From an uncultured Pelagibacteraceae bacterium (lineage in GTDB: Bacteria; Pseudomonadota; Alphaproteobacteria; Pelagibacterales; Pelagibacteraceae), in assembly GCA_902523895.1 (NCBI GenBank), contig CABZAZ010000002.1:34313-98312 (forward strand): 64,000 bases of DNA, in the 5' to 3' direction. The notes under the pieces were generated by a model. It had not been told where the DNA came from. It saw only the letters and a program-made list of their open reading frames with translations, and did no database searches. The translations under genes and the position numbers were made by a program. How positions within the stretch are numbered: the stretch's first letter is position 1; the number at the start of each line of letters is the position of its first letter. Shown piece after piece: positions 38,945-49,729 of this stretch.

Positions 38945-41422
38945 TCAATTAAATTGTAAATTTTTTAAAACCTTAAAAGGATTTTCTTTTATAATTTTTT
39001 TATTTTCTTTTTTAATGCTCTTTTTTGGCGCATATTTAAAGAATATCTCTTTATCTTTTTGTATAACTTTATAATTCATAGATTTGAGCAAATGTTTAAA
39101 ATTTTCCTTACTACATCCTAATAAATTTAACATTTCAGGAATAACTTTGATTTCTTTTGTGTTTTCTTTTCGTAAATTAATAATTTGTACAAACAATCTT
39201 TCCAAAATATCAATACGAACATAAAAATTGTTAAATTTTTCAAAACCACAAAGTAACATAAAATTTCTATTTCTAGGTTTATTGTCATCTAAAAAGTTCA
39301 AACCAAAAGTTGGAGGTTTTAATTCAAAATATTTGTTATGATAATTTTTCCATAGCAAGGTTCTTAAAGAAACTGCCTCAGGTTTTATTAATTTGTAAAG
39401 AAAAATATGATATCTCCCAAATTTAACACCCAGGTCTCTTAAAATCTTCCTGTCATTTTGTTCTAACTCTTTTAAAAAATCTGAAACTTGATCTCTCTTA
39501 ATCACACCATTATTTTCATAAAGCTGATAAGCAAGTGCTTTTACAGAGGGATTTTTTTCTTTAAGATCTTTTAAGTTAAAAAGACTTTTTAATGTCAAAG
39601 AAATTTTATTTTTCAGCCATTTTTCTAAAAAATTTAGAAGTTTACTTCTTTGCACTTGTTCAAGCATTTCATCAACTAATAATTCAATATCGGGGTTTAA
39701 ATAATCTTTCCCAGAAACTAGTTTAGCAATTGAGGCATCGTTCCAATAAATCTTAAAATCATTTTTAAGTTCAATCAAACCATTGTCGATTAATAATTGT
39801 ACTCTTTTTTCAAGTTCTGGACCTACAGTTTGTCTTGCTGCTTTTTTAAGTGACTTAATGTCAGTTTCCAGCGCACCTTTCTTAAGGTCAAGTTCTAGTT
39901 TTAAACCATTTATTTTTCCAATAAATTGTTCATCAATTATTACATCATTATTTTCTAAAATTTTTGTATTAAAACTCATATCTTGTTTTAATCCTCTAGC
40001 AAGAACACTTGCTCTTTTATCAATAAAAGTTTTTGTAAGTTCTTCATGAAGTCGATCTGAAAGCTTGTCCTCTAATTTTTTTGTTTTCTCTATCCAATAA
40101 CTTTGATTTTCAACCCAATTGTTTTTATTCGAAACATATGACCAAGTTCTTACATTTGCAATTCTATTTGCTAAAGAGTCTACATTTCCCTCAATTTTAT
40201 CAAGTTTCATCAATTGTAATCGCATAAAATCATTTGTTATTTTGCCTTTTGATCCATTTAAAAAATTGAATACTTTTTCTACAACCTCAATGTGATTTCC
40301 ATACGTTTTTTTGACAAAGTCAGGAATTTGGCAACATTCCCATAGCAGCATTAATGTTTCTTTAATATTTGAAACATTATATAAATCTAACTTTCTTATG
40401 AAATACTTAAGAACTTTTTCATCTTCACATTCATGAATTTTTTTAAGCCAATTTTTATTTGGTTTCTCCTCTAGTGATTTTAATAATGCTAAGGGGTTAT
40501 TAAAATTTAAGTTAGAGTTTCTCCAAAATAAAGTTTGTATTTTTTCAAATTTGTGATTTTCTAATAATTCAACCTCTTCAGCTTTAATTTCTTTACAACT
40601 TCCAGTGACTCCAAAATTACCGTCGTTCAAATATCTACCCGCTCTTCCTGCTATTTGTCCCATTTCAGACAAATTTAATTTTCTTAATTTTTTTCCGTCA
40701 AATTTTTTTAAATTTGAAAAATAGATTTGATCTAAATCCATATTTATACCCATACCAATTGCATCTGTAGCCACTAAAAAATCAACATCACCTGATTGGT
40801 ATAACTCTACTTGAGCATTTCTAGTTTTAGGACTTAAAGATCCCATAACAATTGCAGCTCCGCCTTTTTGTCTTCGTATCAATTCTGCAATTGCATAAAC
40901 TTCTTCAGTAGAAAAAGCTATAACTGCTGTTTTTCTATTTATACGTGAAATTTTTTTGTGACCCGAGTAAGTGAGTTTAGATAATCTTTTTCTATCAATG
41001 AATTCTATATCTTCATTTAATTTTGAAACTATTCCTTTAATTGTGTTTGAACCCATAAACATCGTAAGTTTACTTCCTCTCATGTTAAGTAATCTATCTG
41101 TAAAAATATGACCTCGTTCATGGTCTGCACACATTTGAATTTCATCAACACCTACGAATTCTAAATCTTTATCTATTGGCATTGACTCTACTGTGCACAA
41201 AAAATATTTAGCATTTGAAGGTATAATTTTTTCTTCACCAGTTATTAAAGCAACTTCATCATATCTAGTTTTTTTAATAACTTTGTCATAGACTTCTCTA
41301 GCTAAAAGTCTTAATGGAAAACCAATCATCCCAGTATCAAAAGAGAGCATTGTTTCTATTGCCAAATGAGTTTTACCGGTATTTGTTGGACCAAGCACTG
41401 CCGTAATTTTATTTTTATTCAT
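38945..41422 (-). CDS. SUV3/MgpS-like DExH-box helicase
   Basis: LGPTNTGKT, DEIQ, VATDAIGMGIN, QIAGRAGR; helicase-fdxA-carD synteny. Confidence 0.9.
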   Translation of the reverse strand: MNKNKITAVLGPTNTGKTHLAIETMLSFDTGMIGFPLRLLAREVYDKVIKKTRYDEVALITGEEKIIPSNAKYFLCTVESMPIDKDLEFVGVDEIQMCADHERGHIFTDRLLNMRGSKLTMFMGSNTIKGIVSKLNEDIEFIDRKRLSKLTYSGHKKISRINRKTAVIAFSTEEVYAIAELIRRQKGGAAIVMGSLSPKTRNAQVELYQSGDVDFLVATDAIGMGINMDLDQIYFSNLKKFDGKKLRKLNLSEMGQIAGRAGRYLNDGNFGVTGSCKEIKAEEVELLENHKFEKIQTLFWRNSNLNFNNPLALLKSLEEKPNKNWLKKIHECEDEKVLKYFIRKLDLYNVSNIKETLMLLWECCQIPDFVKKTYGNHIEVVEKVFNFLNGSKGKITNDFMRLQLMKLDKIEGNVDSLANRIANVRTWSYVSNKNNWVENQSYWIEKTKKLEDKLSDRLHEELTKTFIDKRASVLARGLKQDMSFNTKILENNDVIIDEQFIGKINGLKLELDLKKGALETDIKSLKKAARQTVGPELEKRVQLLIDNGLIELKNDFKIYWNDASIAKLVSGKDYLNPDIELLVDEMLEQVQRSKLLNFLEKWLKNKISLTLKSLFNLKDLKEKNPSVKALAYQLYENNGVIKRDQVSDFLKELEQNDRKILRDLGVKFGRYHIFLYKLIKPEAVSLRTLLWKNYHNKYFELKPPTFGLNFLDDNKPRNRNFMLLCGFEKFNNFYVRIDILERLFVQIINLRKENTKEIKVIPEMLNLLGCSKENFKHLLKSMNYKVIQKDKEIFFKYAPKKSIKKENKKIIKENPFKVLKNLQFN

Positions 41423-41596
41423 TTCTATCTTTGGTATGCTTAATATTTTACCTACAAGATCTAGTTACTCGTAAAGAACAAAAATAGACTAAAACATGAC
41501 CGAATCGTTCTTTAAAAAGTTCTCATTTCAAATTCTTAAAAGATTTAGTTTAACATAATATAATTTATTGTCCAAATTACCAACAAAGACAAAGTC

Positions 41597-42001
41597 TTAA
41601 GACTTAATCTTAAGAATTTTCCAAACTCCAGAGGCAGATGTGATTATTTTGTTATTACATTTTAATTCACAAAATAAAAATACTAAAGTTTTTGTTTTTT
41701 TTAAAATTTTTACATGCCCTATAATCTCATCACCAATTTTTGAAGCACCGATATATTTAAGATCTAATGAAATTGTCACACATGGTGCATTTTGGGCACT
41801 ACGATGCGCTGCTGTTCCTGCTCCAGCATCTATCAAAGCTGCCAAGTATCCTCCATGGGTTATACCTGCTGCATTTAAATGATTTTCATTAATAACCGAT
41901 TTAAATTCATATTCATTTTCAGAGATATTTCTAAACATAACTCCACCATTATGTTTCATAAACCCATGTTTTAAACTTATTTGTTCAAATGAATCAGACA
42001 T
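41597..42001 (-). CDS. PaaI-family thioesterase
   Basis: HLNAAGITHGGYLAALID hotdog motif. Confidence 0.9.
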   Translation of the reverse strand: MSDSFEQISLKHGFMKHNGGVMFRNISENEYEFKSVINENHLNAAGITHGGYLAALIDAGAGTAAHRSAQNAPCVTISLDLKYIGASKIGDEIIGHVKILKKTKTLVFLFCELKCNNKIITSASGVWKILKIKS

Positions 42002-42007
42002 AATTTT

Positions 42008-42106
42008 TTAAAGTATAAAAGTTAAAACAATTAAAACTATAAGAATAATCATAAAAAAATAAATAACAGACATTTGAAGAGAAGATTTAATCAGCCATTT
42101 TAACAT
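42008..42106 (-). CDS. Unannotated 32-aa single-pass membrane peptide
   Basis: MLKWLIKSSLQMSVIYFFMIILIVLIVLTFIL; SD TAAGGT upstream; fills the tRNA-Arg to PaaI gap. Confidence 0.55.
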   Translation of the reverse strand: MLKWLIKSSLQMSVIYFFMIILIVLIVLTFIL

Positions 42107-42121
42107 AATTTACCTTAATAA

Positions 42122-42198
42122 TGGTGCGCCTGCTAGGAGTCGAACCCAGAACCTCCTGGTCCGTAGCCAAGCGCTCTATCCAGTTGAGCTACAGGCGC
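42122..42198 (-). tRNA. tRNA-Arg(ACG)
   Basis: Reverse complement GCGCCTGTAGCTCAACTGGATAGAGCGCTTGGCTACGGACCAGGAGGTTCTGGGTTCGACTCCTAGCAGGCGCACCA. Confidence 0.97.
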
Positions 42199-42279
42199 AT
42201 TTTTAAATTTTATTTATTATTGTATATCATTTTTTAGTGTATTTTAATGGTAAGACAAATTTAAATTATCTAAATTATT

Positions 42280-43455
42280 ATGAATGACTCATTGAATGAA
42301 GTTGTAATTGTAGAAGCTATTAGAACTCCAATTGGAGCTTATAAAGGGTCTCTTAAAGAAGTAAGTGCTGACAAGTTGGGATCAATTGTTATTAGGGAAA
42401 TTTTGAGAAAAAGTAAATTAGATAAAGATGATATTGATGAGGTAATTATGGGCCAAGTACTCACAGCTGGTGGAGGCCAAAATCCTGCTAGACAGGCTGC
42501 GATAAATGCAGGTATAAATATTTCTAAACCAGCCCACATAGTAAACCAAGTTTGTGGCTCTGGACTTAGAGCTGTAATCTCAGGTTATCAATCAATTAGA
42601 TTAGGAGAGGTAAAGAATGTGATTTCTGGTGGTCAAGAAAACATGTCATTAGCTCCACATTCAATTTTTTATCGGGATAATAAAAAAATTGTAGAGAAAC
42701 ATTTGATAGATACAATGATACATGACGGATTGATAGATGCATTTAATAATTATCATATGGGTGTTACTGCTGAAAATGTTGCAAAGAAATTTAATATTTC
42801 AAGGGTAGATCAAGATAAATTTGCATTAAATTCTCAAAAAAAAACAGAAAATGCAATTAATACTAATAGATTTAAGGAGGAACTAATTAAAATAAATCAA
42901 CCTGGTATCAATCTTGAAAAAGATGAACATCCAAGAAAAGATCTTACTAAATCAGATTTAGAAAGGCTAAAAGCAGTATTTCTAAAAGATGGAACTGTGA
43001 CACCTGGAAACTCATCAGGAATTAATGATGGTGCTGCTGCTTTATTATTAACCACTTTAAAAGAGGCTAAAAAAAAATCAATTCAACCGTTAGTAAAGAT
43101 AACTTCATGGGCTTCAGTTGGAGTTGATCCAACCTTGATGGGTCTTGGGCCAATAGAGGCTGTGCGTGAAGCTGTTAAAAAAGCAAAATGGAATCTGAAT
43201 GATATAGATCTTTTTGAAATTAATGAAGCTTTTGCTGCTCAAAGCATTGCAGTAATTCGTGAGTTAAATATTGATGAGAATAAAGTTAATGTTAATGGAG
43301 GAGCAATAGCTTTAGGCCATCCAATAGGAGCATCAGGTGCCAGAATATTAGTTACTCTTATTCATGAAATGATAAAACAGAGAAAGAATAAAGGATGCGC
43401 CACACTATGCATAGGCGGTGGAATGGGTCTAGCCATATGTGTTGAGAGAATTTAA
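42280..43455 (+). CDS. Acetyl-CoA C-acetyltransferase (thiolase)
   Basis: [28 protein letters not shown]. Confidence 0.95.
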   Translation: MNDSLNEVVIVEAIRTPIGAYKGSLKEVSADKLGSIVIREILRKSKLDKDDIDEVIMGQVLTAGGGQNPARQAAINAGINISKPAHIVNQVCGSGLRAVISGYQSIRLGEVKNVISGGQENMSLAPHSIFYRDNKKIVEKHLIDTMIHDGLIDAFNNYHMGVTAENVAKKFNISRVDQDKFALNSQKKTENAINTNRFKEELIKINQPGINLEKDEHPRKDLTKSDLERLKAVFLKDGTVTPGNSSGINDGAAALLLTTLKEAKKKSIQPLVKITSWASVGVDPTLMGLGPIEAVREAVKKAKWNLNDIDLFEINEAFAAQSIAVIRELNIDENKVNVNGGAIALGHPIGASGARILVTLIHEMIKQRKNKGCATLCIGGGMGLAICVERI

Positions 43456-43667
43456 GAATTAATTTTTTTAAATTTCTCTTCAAGTAGAATTTTTTGTATC
43501 CAAATTTTAGCATCAATGTAAGTGCTTTCTTTTGGCTGTAAGAGTGTATTTAATAACTTTTTAATCATTTTTGAAGGATACATCAGAAGAGTGTCAAAAA
43601 ATTGAGCAGAATGTGTTAAAATTAACAATTAAGTAAAATTATATAGTGTATAAGATCTAAATATTAA

Positions 43668-46600
43668 ATGAGTGAAAAACTATTAGTACCCGATATAGGT
43701 GACTTTGAAAATGTAGAGGTCATTGAATTGCTTGTTAAAGAAGGCCAAAAAATTACCAAGAACGATCCAGTAGTTACTATAGAAAGTGATAAATCGAGTG
43801 TTGAAATACCTTCAACGTTATCAGGCATAATTGAGACAATAAAAGTTAAAGTAGGTGATAAAGTTTCAAAAGGTGATTTAATTTTGAATATTTTAGGGTC
43901 AAATGAAGAAAATTCCTCAACAAAAACTATTCCAAAAGATACTGAAAATTTGATTATAGAGGCAGAAAAATCATTAGAAAAAAAACAAGAACAAATCATC
44001 GATACAAATAATATTGAGAGAAAAAAAACAGAAATAATTCAAGTAGTTAATGAAGGTGATATTGATCCATTAGAAACCAATGAATGGTTAGACTCGCTCA
44101 CTGCAGTTATCGAAAAAGATGGAAATCAGAGAGCCCATTATTTAATAAAGGAATTAATAAATAAAGCTTATATGGAGGGTGCAAATATTCCCTATACTCA
44201 AAACACACCTTATATAAATACAATTCCAGTTGACGAAGAGAAAAAATCAAACGGTGATCAAAATATTGAGAGAAGAATTCGGTCATTGATAAGATGGAAT
44301 TCTGCAGCAATGGTTGTTCGCGCAAATAAGAAATTTCCTGAACTTGGAGGACATATTGGAACATTTGCATCTGCAGCTACACTTTATGATGTAGGAATGA
44401 ATCATTTTTGGAGAGCAAAAAATAATAAATTTGGAGGAGACTTAATTTATTTTCAAGGACATAGCGCTCCAGGTATGTATGCAAGAGCATTTCTTGAGGG
44501 AAGACTTAATGAAAAACAATTAGATAGCTTTAGACAAGAAGTTAATCCAGGAGGTCTATCATCTTATCCACACCCTTGGTTGATGCCAAATTTTTGGCAA
44601 TTTCCCACAGTCTCAATGGGTTTAGGACCAATGTTGGCCATTTATCAAGCAAGATATATGAAATATTTGATTAATAGGGGTCTCATCAAAGATGAAGGAC
44701 GAAAAGTGTGGGCTTTCTTAGGAGATGGGGAAATGGATGAACCGGAGTCTTTAGGAGCAATTGGTTTAGCAGCTAGAGAAAAATTAGATAACCTAATATT
44801 TGTGATCAATTGTAACCTTCAAAGATTGGACGGGCCTGTGAGGGGTAATGGAAAAATCATACAAGAACTAGAGGGTATTTTTAGAGGAGCTGGATGGAAT
44901 GTTATTAAAGTAATTTGGGGTTCTTATTGGGATCCGTTATTGGCTAACGATAAAACTGGGCATTTAATTAAAGTTATGAATGAAACTGTCGATGGAGAAT
45001 ATCAAGCAATGAAAGCAAGAGATGGAGCTTATGTGCGAGAAAAGTTTTTTGGCAAATATCCTGAAACTAAAGAGTTAATCTCAAGCCTTTCAGACAAAGA
45101 TATATGGAGATTGAATAGAGGCGGACATGATCCTCACAAAGTTTTTGCAGCTTATGATAAAGCCTCAAAGAATATTGGAAGCCCAACAGTTGTGATTGCC
45201 AAGACCATAAAGGGATATGGGATGGGCAAAAGTGGTGAGAGTGTAAATACTACACATCAAACTAAAAAATTAGATATAGACGATTTGATGTATTACAGAG
45301 ACAGGTTTGATGTTCCTTTAACTGATAAACAGGTACAAAATATTGAGTATTATAAGCCAGACCAAAATTCACCTGAAATAAAATATATCAAAGAAAGAAG
45401 ACTTCAATTAGGAGGATTTATCCCAGAGAGAACTACTTATGCAAAACCCATTAAAGCTCCTCCAAAAAACATTTTTGACAATATGAAAGAGTCAACAGGT
45501 AAAAAAGAAATGTCGACTACTATGGCATTAGTAAGAATGCTTACTAATCTTCTGAGAGATAAAAATGTTGCCTCAAGATTAGTACCAATCATTCCTGATG
45601 AGGCGAGAACATTTGGTATGGAGGGTTTTTTTCAAAAAATAGGTATTTATGCTCACGAGGGACAAAAATATGAACCTGAGGACTCCGCACAATTAAGTTC
45701 ATATAGAGAAGAAAAAAGTGGACAAGTTTTGGAGGAAGGAATTAATGAGGCAGGTGCAATGTCTTCATGGATTGCTGCAGGCACTTCATACACAAATCAT
45801 GATATTGAAATGATCCCTATCTATCTTTTTTACTCAATGTTTGGTTTTCAAAGAATAGGAGATTTTGCTTGGGCAGGAGCAGACAGTCAATCAAGAGGGT
45901 TTTTAATTGGTGCTACTGCTGGGAGAACAACATTAGCGGGAGAAGGTTTACAACACCAAGATGGACATAGTCATTTAATGGCATCAACTATTCCAAACTG
46001 TAAGTCTTATGATCCAACATTTCATTATGAACTAGCAACAATCTTTAGAGAAGGATTGAAAAGAATGCATGAGAAGAAAGAAAATATTTTTTATTACATT
46101 ACAACAATGAACGAAAATTATCCTCATCCTGCTATGCCAACTGAAAAATCGTGTGAAGAAGGTATTTTAAAAGGAATGTATAAAATTAAAGAATTTAACA
46201 AATATAAAAAAACCAAAATTCAGTTTCTAGGATCGGGCACAATTTTAAGAGAAATGATAGCTGGTGCTGAGATTCTACAAAAGGAATATCAAATTGATAG
46301 TGAAGTTTGGAGCGTAACTAGTTTTAATGAATTAAGAAGAGATGGCTTAGAGGTTGAAAGGTATAATTTATTAAATCCTGAAAAAGAACCAAAAAAATCA
46401 TATGTTGAAAGCTGTTTAGGCAAAACTGAAGGTCCAATTTTGGCTGCATCAGATTATATGAGGATGAATTCAGACCAAATTAGACCTTATATTAACAAGA
46501 GCTTTTATTCGTTAGGAACAGATGGATTTGGTCGAAGTGATACCAGAAAAAATTTGAGGAAGTTCTTTGAGGTTGATAAAGAACATGTCGTTGCATATGG

Positions 46601-46706
46601 ACTAAGTGTTTTAGCTAAAGAACAATTAATTGCATCTAAATATGCTCAAGAGGCAATAAAGAAGTATCAAATTGATAAAGATAAACCAATGCCGACAAAA
46701 TTATAA
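43668..46706 (+). CDS. aceE: Pyruvate dehydrogenase E1, homodimeric type, with N-terminal lipoyl domain
   Basis: ESDKSSVEIPS lipoyl motif followed by DIDPLETNEW, GGHIGTF, SYPHP, GDGEMDE, GEGLQHQDGHS. Confidence 0.96.
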   Translation: MSEKLLVPDIGDFENVEVIELLVKEGQKITKNDPVVTIESDKSSVEIPSTLSGIIETIKVKVGDKVSKGDLILNILGSNEENSSTKTIPKDTENLIIEAEKSLEKKQEQIIDTNNIERKKTEIIQVVNEGDIDPLETNEWLDSLTAVIEKDGNQRAHYLIKELINKAYMEGANIPYTQNTPYINTIPVDEEKKSNGDQNIERRIRSLIRWNSAAMVVRANKKFPELGGHIGTFASAATLYDVGMNHFWRAKNNKFGGDLIYFQGHSAPGMYARAFLEGRLNEKQLDSFRQEVNPGGLSSYPHPWLMPNFWQFPTVSMGLGPMLAIYQARYMKYLINRGLIKDEGRKVWAFLGDGEMDEPESLGAIGLAAREKLDNLIFVINCNLQRLDGPVRGNGKIIQELEGIFRGAGWNVIKVIWGSYWDPLLANDKTGHLIKVMNETVDGEYQAMKARDGAYVREKFFGKYPETKELISSLSDKDIWRLNRGGHDPHKVFAAYDKASKNIGSPTVVIAKTIKGYGMGKSGESVNTTHQTKKLDIDDLMYYRDRFDVPLTDKQVQNIEYYKPDQNSPEIKYIKERRLQLGGFIPERTTYAKPIKAPPKNIFDNMKESTGKKEMSTTMALVRMLTNLLRDKNVASRLVPIIPDEARTFGMEGFFQKIGIYAHEGQKYEPEDSAQLSSYREEKSGQVLEEGINEAGAMSSWIAAGTSYTNHDIEMIPIYLFYSMFGFQRIGDFAWAGADSQSRGFLIGATAGRTTLAGEGLQHQDGHSHLMASTIPNCKSYDPTFHYELATIFREGLKRMHEKKENIFYYITTMNENYPHPAMPTEKSCEEGILKGMYKIKEFNKYKKTKIQFLGSGTILREMIAGAEILQKEYQIDSEVWSVTSFNELRRDGLEVERYNLLNPEKEPKKSYVESCLGKTEGPILAASDYMRMNSDQIRPYINKSFYSLGTDGFGRSDTRKNLRKFFEVDKEHVVAYGLSVLAKEQLIASKYAQEAIKKYQIDKDKPMPTKL

Positions 46707-47971
46707 TGTCAAAGAAAGATATAAAAGTTCCAAATATTGGTGAATTCAAAGATGTGGAAGTCATCGAAGTTTTAATTAAAAAAGGTCAAAAAATAAAAAA
46801 GAATGATCCATTGATAACTATAGAAAGTGATAAATCAAGTGTGGAAATACCATCTTCTGATGATGGAACCATAATTTCTTTGAATGTTAAAATTGGAGAC
46901 AAGGTATCGGAAGGTGATAAAATTATTGAAATTGAAAGTGAGAAAGAAATAAAAGAAACAAGTGCTCAAGAATTACCAAAAAGTCAATTACCAAAAGAAA
47001 TAAAAAAAAATGATGTAAAAAAAACCAATGAGTCAGAAAATATAATAGTTAAAGATTTTTCTACAAAAGCTTCTGCTTCACCAAAAGTTAGAAAATTTGC
47101 AAGAGAACTTGGAGTTAATATCAACAAAGTCCCTGGCAGTGAAAGACAAGGTAGGGTTACTGAGAGTGATGTAAAATTATTTGTTGCATCTAAATCTGAC
47201 AAAAGTTTCAAAGATCAAAATACAACTGAACAAAAAATTGAACTAGAGTATTCCCATTCAGATTTTGGAGAAGTAGATATTAAAGATATTCCCAGAGTAA
47301 AAAAGTTGTCATCTAAATATCTAATGAATTCTTGGACAAAAATTCCTCATGTAACCAATCATGATGAAGCTGATATAACCGAATTAGAGGAATTTAGAAC
47401 TTCTCTTACGGACGTATATACTGGTGAAAAAAAAAAAATTACACCATTAGCTTTCATCGTAAAAGCATTAACAACATCATTAAAAAAATTTCCAAATTTT
47501 AATACATCAATCGATCAAATTGAAAACGGTAAAATGACTGTTAAAAAGTATTATCATATTGGAATAGCAGTGGATACACCACATGGTTTGATGGTTCCTA
47601 AATTAAGAAATGCAGATAATAAAAATATTTCTTTGATAAGCACAGAATTAAAAAAAATCAGTCAGCAATGTAGAGATCTTAAAATTGATAAAAGAGAGCT
47701 ATTCGGAGGTTCTATGACGATAACTAGCCTAGGGGGAATTGGGGGATCTTTTTTTACCCCAATTATAAATTATCCTGAAGTTGCTATTTTAGGAGTAGGA
47801 AGAGCAGAAAAAAAACAAGTATTCATGGATGGAAAATTTGTAACGCGTACTATGTTGCCACTTTCACTATCTTATGATCATAGAATTATTGATGGTGCGG
47901 AGGCAGCTCGATTTAATAATGATTTAAAAGAAAATCTTGGTAAAAATTTTGCTTATAAGTTAGCCGTTTGA
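46706..47971 (+). CDS. aceF: Dihydrolipoamide acetyltransferase E2
   Basis: One lipoyl domain, ASPKVRKFARELG binding domain, SYDHRIIDG. Confidence 0.95.
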   Translation: MSKKDIKVPNIGEFKDVEVIEVLIKKGQKIKKNDPLITIESDKSSVEIPSSDDGTIISLNVKIGDKVSEGDKIIEIESEKEIKETSAQELPKSQLPKEIKKNDVKKTNESENIIVKDFSTKASASPKVRKFARELGVNINKVPGSERQGRVTESDVKLFVASKSDKSFKDQNTTEQKIELEYSHSDFGEVDIKDIPRVKKLSSKYLMNSWTKIPHVTNHDEADITELEEFRTSLTDVYTGEKKKITPLAFIVKALTTSLKKFPNFNTSIDQIENGKMTVKKYYHIGIAVDTPHGLMVPKLRNADNKNISLISTELKKISQQCRDLKIDKRELFGGSMTITSLGGIGGSFFTPIINYPEVAILGVGRAEKKQVFMDGKFVTRTMLPLSLSYDHRIIDGAEAARFNNDLKENLGKNFAYKLAV

Positions 47972-47979
47972 TAAAAATT

Positions 47980-48876
47980 ATGTCTAAAAGCGTTTCATTG
48001 TTGAGTGCTTTGCTGTGTACATTTATTTGGGGAACTACATTTATTGCTCAAGACACTGGCATGGATGATATTGGTCCGTTTACATTTAATGCAGTAAGAT
48101 TTTTTGTGGGTTTTTTAGCAATTCTACCTTTAGCATTATTATTTGAGACTAAAAAATTTAAATTAGAATTTAAAACTAGTTTTAGATATTTTGTTATTCT
48201 ATCTTTTTTAATAGGATTATCATTATTTTTAGGATCGGCATTGCAGCAAGTAGCTCTGCTTTACACAGATGTAGCTAATGCTGCTTTCTTTACGATTTTT
48301 TATGTTCCGATGGTACCAATTATTATTTTTATATTTAAGAGAGAGTCATTGCACTGGAGTGTATGGCCTTCAGTTATTTTATGTTTAATTGGTGGGTATC
48401 TTTTAACCAATTTTTATGATGCCACAGTTAGACTTGGAGACACTTTGGTCATTCTTGGAGCATTATTCTGGAGCACTCACATCATATTTACTGGAATGAT
48501 TGTTAAAACATACAACTTACCTTTAACATTAGGTGCAATCCAAACTTTATTAGTGGCTTTATTTTCTTTTATTATTGGTTTGATTTATGAAGAATTTGTA
48601 ATTGAAAATATTCTCAACGAGATAGACTCTATACTATATGCAGGAATTTTATCAGGTGGCTTTGCATTCGTTTTACAAATTTACGCTCAAAAAAACATAA
48701 CACCTGCACCAGCAGCCATAATTTTTTCATTAGAAGGTGTATTTGCAACTATCGCAGCATGGGTTTTATTAAGTCAAATTTTAGATTTTAATAATATATT
48801 AGGTTGCTTGTTCATATTGTGTGGTGTTTTAATTTCTCAATTATTACCCTTGATGAGGAAAATAAATTATCAATAA
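47980..48876 (+). CDS. DMT/EamA-family transporter
   Basis: IWGTTF, about 10 TM helices in a duplicated EamA pattern, SLEGVFA. Confidence 0.88.
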   Translation: MSKSVSLLSALLCTFIWGTTFIAQDTGMDDIGPFTFNAVRFFVGFLAILPLALLFETKKFKLEFKTSFRYFVILSFLIGLSLFLGSALQQVALLYTDVANAAFFTIFYVPMVPIIIFIFKRESLHWSVWPSVILCLIGGYLLTNFYDATVRLGDTLVILGALFWSTHIIFTGMIVKTYNLPLTLGAIQTLLVALFSFIIGLIYEEFVIENILNEIDSILYAGILSGGFAFVLQIYAQKNITPAPAAIIFSLEGVFATIAAWVLLSQILDFNNILGCLFILCGVLISQLLPLMRKINYQ

Positions 48877-49623
48877 TAAAACTAAAGCAATAATAATTCT
48901 ATAAACTACGAATACGCTTAAAGAAAAATTCCTTACATATCTTATAAAATATTTGACTGTGATAAATGAGAAAATAAAAGAAAGAGTAACTGCAATTAAT
49001 AATAAATAATTAAATTCAGTAGACTGTTGTACAGCATCTTGAAGACCTAAAAAACTTGCCCCTGCTAACGCGGGTATAGATAATAAAAAGGCGATTTTGC
49101 TTGAGTCAACTCTATTAAATTTTAGAAATCGAGCTGCTGTTAAAGTTATTCCTGCTCTACTCACACCAGGTATGAGGGCTAAAATTTGAAATAAACCTAT
49201 GAATAATATTGATTTTATATTCAAGTCAGTTGAAATATTATGATCGGTATCTCTTTTATCTGATAAAAATAGGACTAAACCAAAAAATAGAGTTGTCCAT
49301 GCAATAATTTCTATATTTCTTAAAAGATTAATTATTTCGATTGAATATATTATATATCCAAAAATTATAAGAGGTATTGATCCAACTAAAATCAAAACCA
49401 AAAGTTTTTGATTATTTCTTAAATTTAGTAAATCTTTTTTAAAGTAATAGATTATTGCAAATAAAGAACCCAAGTGCAGACCAATATCAATGAATAAAGA
49501 GCTTGAGCTAAAATCATAAAAATTTGATATTAGGATTAGATGGGCTGAAGAGCTAATAGGTAAAAATTCAGAAATTCCTTGGACCGCAGAAAGAATTAGT
49601 ATTTCTATAAAATCTTGAAGCAT
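48844..49623 (-). CDS. uppP: Undecaprenyl-diphosphatase
   Basis: QGISEFLPISSSAH, ALIPGVSRAG. Confidence 0.95.
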   Translation of the reverse strand: MLQDFIEILILSAVQGISEFLPISSSAHLILISNFYDFSSSSLFIDIGLHLGSLFAIIYYFKKDLLNLRNNQKLLVLILVGSIPLIIFGYIIYSIEIINLLRNIEIIAWTTLFFGLVLFLSDKRDTDHNISTDLNIKSILFIGLFQILALIPGVSRAGITLTAARFLKFNRVDSSKIAFLLSIPALAGASFLGLQDAVQQSTEFNYLLLIAVTLSFIFSFITVKYFIRYVRNFSLSVFVVYRIIIALVLLLIIYFPHQG

Positions 49624-49729
49624 AAAGATGTCGTAACTTAAAAAAAATTCATTTTAAACAATTCGATTTAATCATAATAGGTATGCAAAAAATAAATTTC
49701 TTACATTTTATGCTAAATAGCGTTAATTA

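Noticed and set aside
35254-42198. Region between two tRNAs as an integrated island
   Set aside because: Contents are core genes; no integrase or att-like duplication of a tRNA 3' end was seen.
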